From positions 41,416,001-41,480,000 of the forward strand of contig NC_043007.1 of the NCBI RefSeq assembly GCF_006345805.1: DNA of 64,000 bases, given 5' to 3'. A program made the translations under genes and the position numbers. Below, one piece after another: positions 12,166-26,024 of the stretch. This DNA comes from Octopus sinensis (taxonomy: Eukaryota). Position 1 is the stretch's first letter. Every line of letters begins with the position of its first letter. Below the pieces are notes generated by a model, which saw nothing but the letters and a program-made list of their open reading frames with translations, made no database searches and was not told the origin of the DNA.

Positions 12166-12737
12166 ATTACAATGTTTGACATGGAATAAAATGTCACACT
12201 TTTGAACCTTTCACTTTGGCAATTTTATAGCCTTTTTGTGGGTGTGGCATCAAACATTTATGGCCTTTTTTTTTCTGGTGATGTTAGAGGAAAAAATAAT
12301 TTTGTCTAAAAATAAAGTGCAACCTTATTTTTCATTTTGTCAGCCCCTGTAAGAAGCTAATAAAAGAAAAATCTGTAACAAATTTTCTGCAAGTGAGTAT
12401 TTTTGATTAAAATATCTATTTCAAGTCATAAAATGCTTTTTTACAGAGTGAGTTGCAAACATATGTTTACTTGGCTCCACAGTAATTAACGATAATAATG
12501 ATTTATTTTATGATTTCTTTTAATAGTGATAATCTTTTCTACCAAAGGCACAAGTCCTGGAATTTTGGGGAGGGAGATTGTTATTTATTTCAGCCCTAGA
12601 GTTCAGCTGATATTTATTTTATCAACCCCAAAAGGATGAAAGGCAAAGTTGATCTCTGTGGAATTTGAACTCTGAACGTGAAGACAGATGAAATACTGCT
12701 AAGCATTTTGTTTGGTGTGCTAAAATTTCTGCCAGCT

Positions 12738-12774
12738 CAATAATAATAATAATAATATAATAATAATAATAATA

Positions 12775-12825
<51 letters not shown>

Positions 12826-12838
12826 TAATAATAATAAT
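12738..12838. repeat. (AAT)n microsatellite, tail of a minus-strand family B SINE
   Basis: Directly visible next to the SINE copy at about 12520-12737. Confidence 0.9.
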
Positions 12839-14264
12839 CCTTAGTGCAATTAAAAAAAAAACACTTTTCACTATCCAATCACCACCACCACCATCACCAT
12901 CTCTCTCTCTCTCTTCTCCCTCTCTGCCTTCCTTTAACCTCACCATCAGAACATCACCCAGTCTGCTAAAATTATTACATTTCCCCTACCTCACATCATT
13001 GACGCTTTTCTCTCCCCTCTTTTTCTCTCTCCATCTTTCTGTCTTACTTGTCATCTTATCCTCTTTTTCTCTCTCCTTTTTCATTCTCCTCTCTTTCCCT
13101 TCAACTAATCATATGGAAGCGTTATAATTACATTCCCTCTACCTCATGTCATGGACACTTCTCCCTCCTTATTTCTCCCTTCCTCTTTTTCTCACTCCTT
13201 CTTTTCTTTCTCCATCTTTTTCTCTAATCTTGCGAAAGCGTTACTGACAGGCTAAGTAACGCAATGATAAGTAGAATTATTATAAGATAAATAGTAACTG
13301 TTTCTGATTTTTTAATGGTTTCTAACATAGGCACGAAGCAAGTAATTCTGAGGGAAGCAGACTTGACAGTTATTTTTCTTTTTTTATCCTGAAGGGAGGA
13401 AAGACAAAGTTAACCACAGTGGGATTTGAAACCAGATTGTAAAGAACTGGAACAAATGCATCCAACACTAACAATTCTGCCAGCTCACTGCTTTGAATGG
13501 TTTCTAATTTTTAGGCACAAAGCCAGCAATCTCAAGAGGACTGGAGTTTGGTCAATGACATTGACTCCAGTACTTGACTGGTGTTTTATTTTATCATCCC
13601 TGAATGGACGCAAGGCAAAGGCATTTTTCTCTGATATTCTAATAATTATGCAAACTTTCTGCCGTTGAACAACAACAATAATTTTTGATTTTCATTGTAA
13701 TACATATAATACAGTTAAAATATGTAACATTGTTGGTGGTGAATGGTAGAACTAATACTGAAAGAGGTGGGCAAAATACCTTCTGGTATTTTAAAAAATT
13801 CCTTTTATGTTCTGAGTTAAAAACACACAAATGTTTTAAGTAACAGAATGACTAGGAAAAAATACCATGGAATGCCTGCTTTTCACTAATCATGCTATTT
13901 AGTTATCACACTTATCTGTATTCATTAATGAAAATCTGATGTACTTTGCTAAGATCTGGCAAGAATGATTAGACAAAGTTTCACTGATAAGATCTCATAA
14001 GGCTAAAACAAACCTGGACTTATCTGGTAAACTTCTGCTAGTGTACCTGTCTCAAGAGGCAGCTGTAATAGGAAAACACTTGCTGGAAAAGGGTATTGAA
14101 TTGAAGAGCAAAAATTTAAAATAATAAATGCTTTGGACAAAAGTTCCTTGTCTTTTTCCTTCTCTATGAGTTGTGATAGCTATTCCAAACGTCTGCAAGT
14201 GACGGATGTGACAGCAATAAATTACTATTGCCTTTCCATACTGTTTAAAACCAGATTCACTCCC

Positions 14265-14650
14265 TCTGGCTGTGTGGTAAGAAGCTTGCTTCCAAACCAC
14301 ATAGTTTCAAGTTCAGTCCTACTGCATGGCACCTTGCGCAAGTGTCTTGTACTAGAGCTTCAGGCCGACCAAAGCCTTGCGAGTGGATTTGGTAGACGGA
14401 AACTGAAAGACGCCCGTCGTATATATACATGTGCGTGTATGTATTTGTATTTGTCCCCACCACCGCTTGACAGCCGGCGTTGGTGTGTTTACGCCCTCGT
14501 AGCTTTGCAGCTTAATAAAAGAAACTAATAGAATAAATACCAAAATTTAAAAATAAGTACAGGGATCGATTCGTTCGACTAAAAAAAATACTTAAAGGTG
14601 GTGCCCCAGCATGGCCGCAGTCTACTGAGACATATAAAAGATAAAATAAC
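14265..14650 (+). mobile_element. Family A SINE
   Basis: ggctgtgtggtaagaagcttgc head to gcatggccgcagtct...taaaagataaaa tail. Confidence 0.8.
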
Positions 14651-15475
14651 TTAAATTCTAGGGTTGTCTCCCTTCTTTTTTTTTTTTTTCCTCTCATTAA
14701 ATTAGAATGTCACCTCCCACTTGGCTCATGACATGAAACGTTTTAGTTACCACGTTAACATTAAAGTAACAGTGAAGTATTGTAGGTTTTCTTTTCGTGC
14801 TTTAGAAATCAATACTTATGTTCATGTATTCCGTTTTGATCAGCTTTTGCAATATTTTTCTTTTTGCTTTGTCTTAACGGCGTTTATTATAATTTTTTTT
14901 TATTGTGAACACACCGTTATAAACGGACACACAAATGTTTTATAACCCATCTGTTTTACAATACATGTTTAACCATAATTAATAACAATCTCTTGTCCTA
15001 CAACGTTAAAAATGAGGGCTACTACTTCAATATTAAAGTAATAATCAAAAACCGGCGTTCATTTAAACGACTATACCCTTCCATCATTTTTTTGTCTCAT
15101 ATTTTTGCTATAAATCAATATTTATATACAACATGAATTCAAATTTGGCATTTAATGTTTTTTTTTTTATTTTTACGAGCTGTTATTATATAGTTTTTTT
15201 TTAATCACACCATGAATGTATCAATATATACGAATTATAAATCCTTTATATTTTGCATATTTATTTCCATGGGCGCAGCATGGTTAAATGGTTAAGCAAT
15301 CTGTTCCATAATTACAAGGTCCAAGTTTCGATTTCATTGAGTGGCGTGTTGGGCAATTATAACAGAAATGATATTGATAGGAGCCCGTTGGATGGGTCTC
15401 CAGTCTTGTTGATCCCCGTTAAGAATTACGTTAATGATACATGTATCTGTCGTATATTTAGCCATTTATACCAAG

Positions 15476-15612
15476 CATGGGCAACCTTTTTCGGAAGCGG
15501 ACCGCATGAGATATTAACTCATTGTCATGCAGGCCGCACTACAAAAAACACTTCGAGGTAATTTTTCCTTAGGTATACTATTTAGAAAGTCCTGCGAGCT
15601 GCAGGTTACCCA
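15476..15612. mobile_element. hAT/Charlie-like MITE remnant
   Basis: Inverted ends catgggcaacct / aggttacccac; internal ggaccgcatg...gcaggccgcac typical of Charlie-like subtermini. Confidence 0.45.
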
Positions 15613-15829
15613 CAATTAACTCGTTTATCACGCTAATGTAATAATAAGCCGGTAGTTCTCAGTTGATCGAGCAACTAAATACTCATCGTCGACATCGACG
15701 GAAATTAATTTTACTTAATATCTTTGTCATTTACAATTATTTTGATCGTGTTATATTACTTTTGTATAGATAGATGGATAGATAGATAGATAGGAATCTA
15801 TTAGTGTCTTTAATTCTGTTGCCTGTTGC

Positions 15830-16000
15830 GGCAGTTTTATTAGTGTGAGTTATGCCCCTTGATTCGGTCGCTTTCCTCACTTGTTAGTAAATAAGTTGAA
15901 GCAATGTGACTTCTGCTAAGGCGAACGGGGAGCTGATGTAGGCTCGTTGTAGCAGACTTAAACCTGAGCCACGGACACATAGCTGACATTCTCCTACAGG
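15830..16000 (+). other. Candidate non-coding first exon A
   Basis: Unique CpG-containing sequence ending at strong donor AGG|GTAAGC (16001). All three + frames contain stops. The start is approximate. Confidence 0.3.
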
Positions 16001-19000
16001 GTAAGCAGCAAATAAACACTTGTTTCTTTCATTCTGCATATTTTATATCTGACCGTCGTCCCGCTTTCTACACAGAATTCTGCTCTGCATCATTTCGTTA
16101 ATTGATGAACTTTGTGTAAAAATAAATAAAAAATATACCAGGTGCTTTTTTTTTCCGATCCTTCGTTTTATGTTTAGAAGAGAGGAACGCTGCCGCACTG
16201 TCACATCTACCAACAACAACAACACCAATCGCAATATGAATGATAGTTGTAACACATTTTCTATCGTTACCTTTAAATATAAAGGAGAAAACCTCATCGA
16301 TTGTTATTTTTTCATTGAAAGATCTAATTTAGAACACACATAATTTCTTTTATCACTGTATTATCATTTTTCGATTCTCGTTTCAAAACATTTTGCTTCA
16401 TTTACCGTAGTAATTTTTTTCGGGAAAGGCATAAACATATTAATTCCTCATTCTGTGTATAGTAAATTAGGTATTTTTTTTTTTCTTTCAATGAAATTAG
16501 TATTCTTTTTCCAAGTCGGAATAAATGTTTTGCGGTATTCCTCCCGACACTTTACGTTCTGATTTCAAATTCGGCCGCGGTTAATGAAATAAGCACCAGT
16601 TGAGCACGGAGGTCATTTAATCGACTTGTCCCCACCCTTCATAAAATTTTAGGCCCCTTTTGCCTATTGCAGAAAGGATTGCTCTAGTGGCCAGTAAATG
16701 AAATATTACAAACTAGCAGAATCTTTGATGCATCAGACAAAATACTTAGCGGTCTTTTTTTTTTTTCTATTCTTTTCGTTATGAGTTCAAATCCCTCTCA
16801 GATCCTTTCGGGGTCGATAAAATAAGTACTAGTTAGAGCTCCAAGGGCGATGCTTTATCGACTCACTTCAAAATTGCTGGCCTTATGCCAAAAATTATTA
16901 TTATTATTTCAAAACCCTCTTAAGATCAAGGGTGAATACAAAGGAAAGGGTTAACTGAGACGGGTATTTTACGTCTTTTTGTGCCCCCCCTCCTGAAGAG
17001 GATTATAGATAAAAATGAAATACACGTCGCATATGTCTTTTCTACCACCCAGGCGCAGCTCCGTCCGTTCAGGTATAAGCAGGACAGTATATACCCCATG
17101 TCTCTGTACTTTTACTATCATGTTTGTGTTTTATTAGAAAAGCTGTTATTGCAACTATCCTAGAAGATGGTGGTTTGACGGCAGAACAGTAGTGCGTCGG
17201 ACTTAATGCATTACAAAAATATAATTTTGCCCTTCAGTACTCTGTGTTATCCTCCAAAATTTGCGATGTCTACTAATATAACAATTAATAATGGTTTCTA
17301 ATTATTGGCACAAGCCAGCAATTTTGAGAGGAGGAGATTCGTCGATACCATTGACCCCCACTACATGATTGGCAATTTGCTTTATCGACCCGGAGGGATG
17401 AAAGACAAAGATGACCTCGGCAGGTGTGGAACTGTAGAGATAAAGCCGCCTGAATCAAATTCTCACCCTGACTTCGGTTTCGATTTTTGACTAACTTACG
17501 TAGCCAAGCTAGACATCAACGTCACGGCGCAACCGTTTATATCTCCCAGGTATCTGTGGCTACAACACTTATTCAAAAGAATTTTATTTTCCTCTTGTCG
17601 GCAGAATCATGAGAGCGTCGACAAAAATGCTTTGCGGTATATGTTACAGCTCTTTACGTACTGTATTTAAATAATGCTGAGCACAGCTTTACGCCGATAA
17701 AGTAAAGTACCGGTCTCTTCAAATTTTATATCGTCGAATATGACGATATAAAAATAAGCAGAAAACGAAAAGTTCTGTTCAACAGCCCACTTTCGATTCC
17801 CAGTGGTGCTTACACAGCTAATGTGAAAACAGAAAGATAGCTAGTGTGTGTGTTAATAAGAGAGAGAAAACAATGTTAGCAACTTTTAATCTTTCCTTCA
17901 CTTTCGTTGTCAACTCTTCCTAATTGAATAAACGTTTCAACCCTATCTTCACTCTTAAATCACTAGTTGCCATGAGAAAGGCGTATATGGCTGTCACATA
18001 ATTCTATATATTGTCTGAGATAAAACCCGAAGCCTTGTGCATAGTAAGAAAGAAAAAGCAAAATCAATATTTCATAAAATCTCCCAAACCCCGCTCCGGT
18101 TAATATTGAATCTTGTTGCTATTCTGGCACTTAATCTCGCAGTTCTTATGTCACTAAGCCCGCGTATACTACATAACTGATGCGTATTACAGGAGGAAAA
18201 GCTTGGTTAACTTACAATACATAAATAAAATAACGATTACATTATTATTATTCCACTGGGGCAATTAAAATGAACAAAACTATCGAGCATAAAAGATCTT
18301 AATAGAAATCGATGCTATAATGCAATTTTATTCATACAATATCGATAGAGACTACAGTTTTGAGCATATTAGATAAAATATAGAAGAAAATATGCCGCAA
18401 GAAGATCAAAAACAATATAGCGAGGGAGCATCTACGTGCTGTTCGATATGCTAGAAATAGCAGTCGAATCTCTCTTAAATCACACCATTAAGAAAAACGA
18501 CATATTGGATAATATCCGAGAAATATTGTGTCTGAGAAAAAGACTGGAGAGTCGAATATGGAACACCTTTGCCCATAGAGCTGATTTGGGTGTCCAAACA
18601 TTTTTTGCTGGCAAATCTTAACAATAGTAGAAAAATGTGACACTTGTTGGCTTTGTTATTCTGTGATATCGGTGTGTTTGAGTGAGAGAGAAAGAACTTG
18701 GTGTTTTTTTTTATATATATAGATTAAGTTTTTGTTTTTTTCTTCTTTCTTTCTTGCACACTCGCCCACATCACACCTCACCACCGAAAAATGGAAGCGG
18801 CTGAAAACTCAACAGCTTGAAAACAAAGTGAAAAAATAACAGAATAGTGTGTAAAGATAACGCAAGTACTGTAGTGATAACATATAAAGAAAGATGTAAT
18901 TCTTGTTTATAGAAAACACGGCAAAAATGAGGACATATGTCAATGGAATCAATAACCGTTCATTATTGATACTTCTTTTTATAGGCTATTGGAAGGTTAA

Positions 19001-19479
19001 ATACAAAAGCTATCTGTAACATAATACTTTTATTATTGCTATTACAATTTTCATACGTAACTCTACCGAGAGTGGTCGGCTGTGCGCGCGCGTCTATCGA
19101 TGGTTATGCAGTTTATAGTTAAGTGTTGCGTCTCCTCACTGCCTCTCTTTTCGTTAATTTACTATAGTTCCCCCTCTCTTTCTTCTCTCTCTCAGTTGTA
19201 GATTTATTCATGCATACAATTTCTATAGCAAAATTCTATAAAAATGGTTTATTTCGAGCTGAATTATTATTACTCCCAGATATTGCTCCTTCCCCACCAT
19301 ACGTCATTAATACAACCACTTCACTTCGCGGCCCCGCAAACCTTGCTCCATACTTATCACTCTCTCTCTCTCTTTCTCTCGCAACACACACATACACTTT
19401 ATATATATATATATATAAAGTCAGGAGTTTGGCATTCACTTGTTCGAGGTTATCTTGTTTATTCTTCGTAGACAAGTAC

Positions 19480-19929
19480 ACATAACAACATGTGTATGTG
19501 CGCGCACGCAAGTGTGTGTGTGAAGAAGAAGAGAAAGAGAGAGAGAGGAAATCAAAGGTGTCAGTAAGAGACAAAGAGAGGGGATTTCGAAAAGACTAGT
19601 TTCAGAATAACAGCAGCAGATTCCAGTCCAATCTCTGCGTGCTGTTGCGTATTTATTTGCGTGTGTCGCACGCACAGAAGACACTTAATTGCTGTTTCTC
19701 GCTCCCTCGCCGTGCGTCTTCCGTGTGCCACTGCGCGCAAATAAAACAAATTACACAAACGCACGCGCTCATACATTGACGTTGGCAGAGTATATATATA
19801 CACACACACTGCTGCTGTATTTTGAAACTACTCTTGTCCGTGTTTCTCCCATATCCACCCCCCCTCACTCTCTATCTTTCCACTGTTTTCTTCCTTCCTC
19901 TCTCTGATCCTGTGATCGATTGTTGGCAA
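19480..19929 (+). other. Candidate non-coding first exon B (5' UTR)
   Basis: CpG-, GA- and CA-rich leader ending at donor CAA|GTGAGT (19930), at the CpG peak. The start is approximate. Confidence 0.45.
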
Positions 19930-20004
19930 GTGAGTGTTGACAAATGATCATGTTCATTGATTACCGAGCAACAGTATTCAATTAGTTATTTTGCTGCTCC
20001 TGCA

Positions 20005-20035
<31 letters not shown>

Positions 20036-22644
20036 TGTTTATATTTCATTCATCCTACAGTTTTTGTTTATATTCCCCCCTCCACCTCTCTTTGTAACTA
20101 TTTTCACCGCAAATATTTTCGTTCTTTCTTTCTCCCTCTCTTTCCCTAACATAAGTTATTGGAGGAAGGTGCGTGTGTATACACATAAATATGTATATAC
20201 CCACCTTCCTCCTACAACTTACCTTTGCTACTTCTCCCTCCCCCTTACTACCATCCCCTCTCTGGATATTCTAATTTCCCTCCCCTTACAACTCTCTGTG
20301 GCTACTTCGCCATTTCCCCTCTCTCTTTCTGTCTCTCTCTCTAATTATTTCGTTCTCTACTACTATACCCTTTTACTATTACTCTGTCCTCTCGATGAGC
20401 GAACAGCAGGGACAGACGTAATCTTCGAGGCAGCTAAACGTGCTGGAAATAACAATCAAAATGTACAGATCACATTGCTATTTTAAGAAAGGAAGGACAC
20501 ACACGGTAGCATGATCCTAGATGCACTACATCTGCAAATAAGATAGAATAGTCACTACAGAAATCATTGTTTACAACCTCGAGTTAAAACCGGTTCACTT
20601 CACTTCTGGTGTTAATATCAATGAGGAAAGAATTCCTGCAGCAACATTATGTATCTCTCCTACTAGAAACATAAGTTCTTCTGCCTAACCAAGAGAGGCT
20701 AAAGATGGGGGTTCAACAAAGCCATGAAGCTATTGGAGTCAATAGAGTGAATGTTAGAATAAATTACTTGTTCCTTTCTATTCTCCATTCAAATTCCACT
20801 GCTGCCCACACTGCAGTTCTATAAATACCTGTAATATTCTGTGGTATTTCAAATGGCTAAAGCACTCTCATCTACAAAAAAAAAAAACATTGCAGCAGTT
20901 TTGTATAAATCCCATATTAATTGTTGTTGTTTAAATTAGGTCAGCTTTGGTCAAGCAGAACTGTAATAAAAAATCTCTATTACCATCTCATATTAGCTTT
21001 TTGATTTCTGAGATTGCATCATGAACTATAGATGGTAAGGTATAGTTTGAAGGTAATTTGGTTGCTATGTGTAGCAAGTTGTGTGACCACCTAAAGGCTC
21101 CTTCACTAATTAAAGCACAAGTCTAAGGAACGTTGGATTGAGCCAACGTTATATTACTGGTATATATTTTATTGAGTATTAGAATGACAAAAGTATGAGT
21201 TAACTCTTCATGAATTTCATCATCATTTAAATGTCTACTTTTTCATGCTTGCATTGGTCAGATGGAATTTATTGCAGATTTTCTACAGCTGGATGCTCTC
21301 TCTCTCACCAACCCTAACCTGTTTCCAAGCAAGTTGATATTTCCCTATGAACAGACATGTTTTTGTAGATTATTAGAAACAAATGACACTGCTTGTAGGA
21401 CTGAAATTAATTTAAATGCTTAACATGATGTCAAGAAAAGGTGATGCAAACATTTACACAAATGCATGCATACTTACGTACATACATGCGTGTGTGTATA
21501 AATACACACACAAACATGCAACATGTTTTTTTTCATTTTTCATCAACCAAATCTGCTCATAAAGCTTTAGTTAACACAGGACTATAGTACAAGATACTTA
21601 CTTAAGTTGTCATGTAGTCAGACTGACTCTGAAACTCTTTGCTTGGGAAGCAAACTTCTTAACCTCTTAACCACATAGCCACAATTAATATATATATATA
21701 TATCTTCTACTTGTTTCAGTCATTAAACTGCAGCCATTCTGGGGCACCACCTTGAAAGTTTAGTTGAACAAATCGATCCCAGTACTTATTTTTTAAAGCC
21801 TGGTGCTTGTTTATAGGTCTTTTTTGCTGTACTGCTAAGTTACAGGAGTGTAACAAATCCAACACCAGTTATTAAGGAGTGGGAACAAACACAAAAGCAC
21901 TCACAAATTGATATATATACATGATTATGAATGTATGTTTCTGATTCTGGTGGTGGGTGCCAGCTTAGTCACAAGAAGTAGGGCAACCCCCATGACTCAT
22001 TACAGAGCCTCAAAGAGTGGGGGAGAAACTTCAAACCAAAGTCATTGTCCATATTTTTACAATTTGTGAACTCTACTACAGATACCCAAGGGCTAGTTAT
22101 CGATGTTAAACCAGACAGCTGAATAAAGCCTTCCACCCAAAATATTTCTTTCAATACAAATTGCTGGCTTTATTTCAATGTATGAAATCATAATTAAAAT
22201 TCAATTTGAGAGAAGTTGAAGCTGTAAATAGGTTTTTGCTCATATCTCTATTAAGTCTCTATAATATGTGAAGATAAATGAAAGATAATCGAAAGAGACA
22301 ACTTTTATTTTTCTGTCTGTTATAATAATGATTTCTGAAATTGGCACAGTGCCACAAACTTGTAGATAACAGTACAGTCGATGGCATCACTCACTGTTGG
22401 TACTTATTTTACAAAGCCCAGATACATGAAAAACAAAGAGAATAAAAGTGATTAGAACTAAGACAGTAGAGGGTTGAAATTAAATAATTTTAAATGGGCA
22501 TGGCTTTATATAGAAGCTTGTGCATGGCTGTACCCTGTGTAAGTATTTTCTATTATTGCTATGGGCTGACCAATGCCATCTGAAGGGATTTGGTAGAGAG
22601 AAACCACAGGGAGTCCATCATGTGTGTGCGCACATGTATTGTGA

Positions 22645-22970
22645 AGGCATGTGGCCTAGTGGTTAGCAGTATTCAGCTTATGATTGTAAGGTTATGACTT
22701 TGATACCCAGCAATACATTGTGTTCTTGAGCAAGATACTTTATTTCAGTTGCTTCGGTCCACTCAGCTAGCAAAAATGAGTTTCTAACTGTAATTCAAAG
22801 ACCCAGCTTTGTCACATTCTGTGTCACACTGAATCTCACTGAGAACTATATTTAGTGTACATGTATCTGTGGGGCGCTCAGCCACTTGCTCATAAATTTC
22901 ATGAGCAGGCTGTTCTATTGATCCAACTGGAACCTTTGTCATAATCAACCAACGGAGTACCAGTTTTTGT
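22645..22970 (+). mobile_element. Family D SINE
   Basis: ggcatgtggcctagtggttag head; tgtgttcttgagcaagatacttt...ccactcagctagcaaaaatgag. Confidence 0.7.
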
Positions 22971-24237
22971 GTGTGTGTGGCTATATATACTAATTGTGAG
23001 TAATAAGATAATAGGTATATACAATTAGTACTCTGGCTGAATTTGTACCTAAATTCCAGTTTTAAGAGCAGGGATGTGATAGCTGCCTAGATGAAAATTG
23101 GCTAAAGGCAGTGTATTGATTGAGCCAGTATGTGAATAATAGAAATATATACGTGTGCATGTTTACCTTCCATGTTGTCACTGTTCGAGTGAAGTGGCAC
23201 ATTCCTAATTGATATTATGACTGGTTGCTTTATACTTTCAAAACTTGTGGAATAAAGAAAGGGAGAGGAGACGACTGACTGCAGGACCCCACTAGCATGG
23301 AAAAACAGGCCTCAAAGAAATGATGAAAGCAGGAACTAAGTCCAGTGGTATACCATTTCAACTGAAAATTTCTTTTTCAGAAGTGCACAAATTATTTGAG
23401 GAGAGCAATAGAGAAGAAGATGATCAGTTGTTGAGTGGTTTCAATCTGCTAAAAGAATGAAACGTTTTGAATAGGGTACCTCACTATCCTCATTAAGTTA
23501 CAGTTTTTCCTTTCAGTTACATTAAGTTACAGTTTTTCCTTTCAAAGGGGTTCAATACTCCTCCACTCTGCATGGGTGCCAGTTCATCACAGAACACAAC
23601 ACAGCATCTGATCTGGGAATTGAACCCACAAACTTACACTTATGAGTACAACACCCTAACTACTAGGCCATACATCCTCACAAACTTTAGAATGATCACG
23701 GACTTGTTTACTTTTCAGATAAACCTCGTTTCACTTAGTCTTCAACAACACATCTGCTCTCCCCCACCCCACCCCACCCCATCATCATAAAGTGTTTGGC
23801 TTTATGGGAAACTCTATAAGAACAAAATACATATGCATATATTTCTATTTTGATCCCCATCACACAGTGTTTGACTCTAAGGGGAACATTATAAAAATAA
23901 AATATGTAAAGTATACAGAGACATATTGAAAATATATAGACACCATCACAAGATTTATTTCTAGAAACAAAATAATGTAATTTGATTCATTTGAATACTT
24001 AATCTAGTATTTATTAGACATGCCTAATGCATTTTTTTTTATAGATTTAACTCATTTGAACATCATATGATATTATGAGGAGTATCTATTTACATTTGAG
24101 ATATTTGTACATTGCTGATGTCCAGTCAGTCAATGTAAGACTTAGGTGATGGCTGAAACTGAATATGAGTAAAATTGGAATCAGTTTGCTGAATTACAGT
24201 TTTGATTCTTCACAGTTGAACGGAAATAGTTTAACAA

Positions 24238-24610
24238 TCATCATCATCATCATCATTTAACGTCTGCTTTCCATGCTAGCACGGGCTGGACGATTTGACT
24301 GAGGACTGGCGAACCAGATGGCTGCACCAGGCCCAAATCTTGATCTGGCAGAGTTTTTACAGCTACCTACCCTTCCTAATGCCAACCACTCCGAGAGTGT
24401 AGTGGGTACTTTTACATGCCACTGGCATGTAAAACAGCCACACCTAAATGGTGTTTTTTATGTGCCACCTGCACAGAAGCCAGTCCAGCAGCATTGGCAT
24501 CAACCTCGCTCGAATGTTTTTTCATGTGCCACCAGCACAAATGCCAGTAAGGTGACACTGGTAACGATCACACTCGAATGGTGCTTTTTACATGCCACCA
24601 GCATGGTCAG
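24238..24610 (-). mobile_element. Family C element
   Basis: (CAT)n plus tttaacgtctgctttccatgctagc...cttcctaatgccaaccactccgagagtg, with subrepeats. Confidence 0.8.
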
Positions 24611-25090
24611 TTATCCGCTCTGGATACCCAACATAGAATTTAAATTTGGTTTTGATGTTGCTATTAATGTTCAAGCTAATTTAGCATGTGTGTGTGTGTG
24701 TGTGTTTTGTGCTTATATATAGTGACTGAACTTAAAATGGGTTAAATATTGTTGTTTAGCCCTAGGCTGGCTCTGATTGAACAGACTTTTAATCAAATGT
24801 TTCTGTTGTGACTATTTGGTCTTATTTTAAGATTTACGTTAATCAGCGTTCTTCCTTTATTTTTTTTTTTAGTATGATAGTAAGATATGATTTGAAGGAG
24901 ATTTGGCTGCTATTTTAAGCAGGTTGATTGACAATATATTGGCTCTGAGAGACCTAATGTTTTATGGTGGGTCTTTATATCCTCAACCTGTGAAAGAAAA
25001 AGGGAAAGGTCCAACATGGAGTGAAATGATCATAGCAAATCGAAGACTCTGGAGGCAATATAAGCTTTGATTCATTCTCTGCTTATGTTT

Positions 25091-25186
25091 GCCCACAACT
25101 CAGTCAATACAGCAGAGCATCAGATTTTATGAGTTAACCTTAAAAGTGATCTGAGAGTTGCTGGTTCAAGTCCATCTGTAGGAGCA
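25091..25186 (+). pseudogene. tRNA-Lys(TTT)-like relic carrying a 19-nt intron-like insert
   Basis: gccc..actcagtc...gagca tcaga tttta [tgagttaaccttaaaagtg] a tctga ..gttgctggttcaagtcc. Anticodon stem tcaga/tctga, B-box at 25163; the D-arm and acceptor stem are damaged. Confidence 0.55.
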
Positions 25187-25512
25187 TCATTTATCATAAG
25201 CATAGACATGACTGTGTGATAAGAGGTTTGCTTCACCACCACATGGTTCTAGAGTCAGTCTCAGTGCATGGCACTTTGGGCAAGTGTATTCTACTATAGC
25301 CTCAAGCTGGCCAAATCCTTGTGAGTAGATTTGGTTGATGAAAACTGAAAGAAACCCACAGTATATATGTGTAAGTGTGTGAGTGACATTGTATTTGTGT
25401 TTGTCCCCCACCACTGCTTGACAACTAGTGTTGGTTTGTTTATATACCAATAACTTACCGGTTTGGCAAAAAAAGACCAATAGAAGAAATACCAGGCTTA
25501 AAAATATAAGTA

Positions 25513-26024
25513 CCGTAAATCCTCAAGTATAATCCACCCTTGAGTATAATACGCAGGGGATTTTTAGGGGGCTGTACCTCTGAAAAACCTAAACCTTGTC
25601 TATAATACGCACCCCTTCTCTAACTTGAGCCAAGGAGGTCTATATAACGTCCTTGGTTTGTAAAAATGTATACGGTAACGTCCTTTATTATTATTGTATA
25701 TATAACATAATGCAAACGTGTAGCATTTTTGTGCATTTTGTTTACAGGAAATAAAGAAATAACAGTAATAACGTTTAATAAATGTTGCTTACTGCAAGTT
25801 ATGGATGATTCTTTTATGACTTCATTGCTTTCTGGCTTAGCTTAAGGTATTTTCGCGCCCAACATTGCAAAATGCGTCTGAATAAACATTGCCAGACAGC
25901 AAATAGAGACTTGAACATTGCTTAGAAAATAATTTTCATTTTTAACCTCGTGTATAATATGCACTAAGGATTTTGACCTTTAAATTTTTGGGAAAAAATG
26001 TGGATTATACTTGAGGATTTATGG
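25513..26024. mobile_element. pogo/Tigger-type MITE, 512 bp, TA target duplication, inserted in a family A SINE
   Basis: TIRs ccgtaaatcctcaagtataatccac / gtggattatacttgaggatttatgg with TA on both sides. The host SINE (from about 25200) resumes at 26027. Confidence 0.9.

Larger units (their letters stand above)
14600..20620. promoter_or_regulatory. CpG-retaining domain, probable promoter region
   Basis: CpG is visibly frequent here, even within old SINE copies, compared with the depleted flanks. It peaks at 19070-19100 ((CG)4 at 19085) and 19500-19780; CRE-like tacgtca at 19300 and tgacgt at 19777. Confidence 0.6.

Noticed and set aside
15900-15970. Possible C/D box snoRNA (atgtga ... ctga ... 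ctga)
   Set aside because: Box C is non-canonical, there is no terminal stem, and I recognised no rRNA complement.
16985-17035. Hammerhead-like words ctgaaga ... gaaa
   Set aside because: Stem II lacks the closing G-C pair and stem I cannot form.
23331-23459. Short acidic reading frame ending LFEESNREEDDQLLSGFNLLKE
   Set aside because: Under 50 codons, no donor, and only a vague resemblance to pogo C-termini.
23491-23545. 29-bp tandem duplication cattaagttacagtttttcctttca
   Set aside because: Ordinary local slippage duplication with no further structure.
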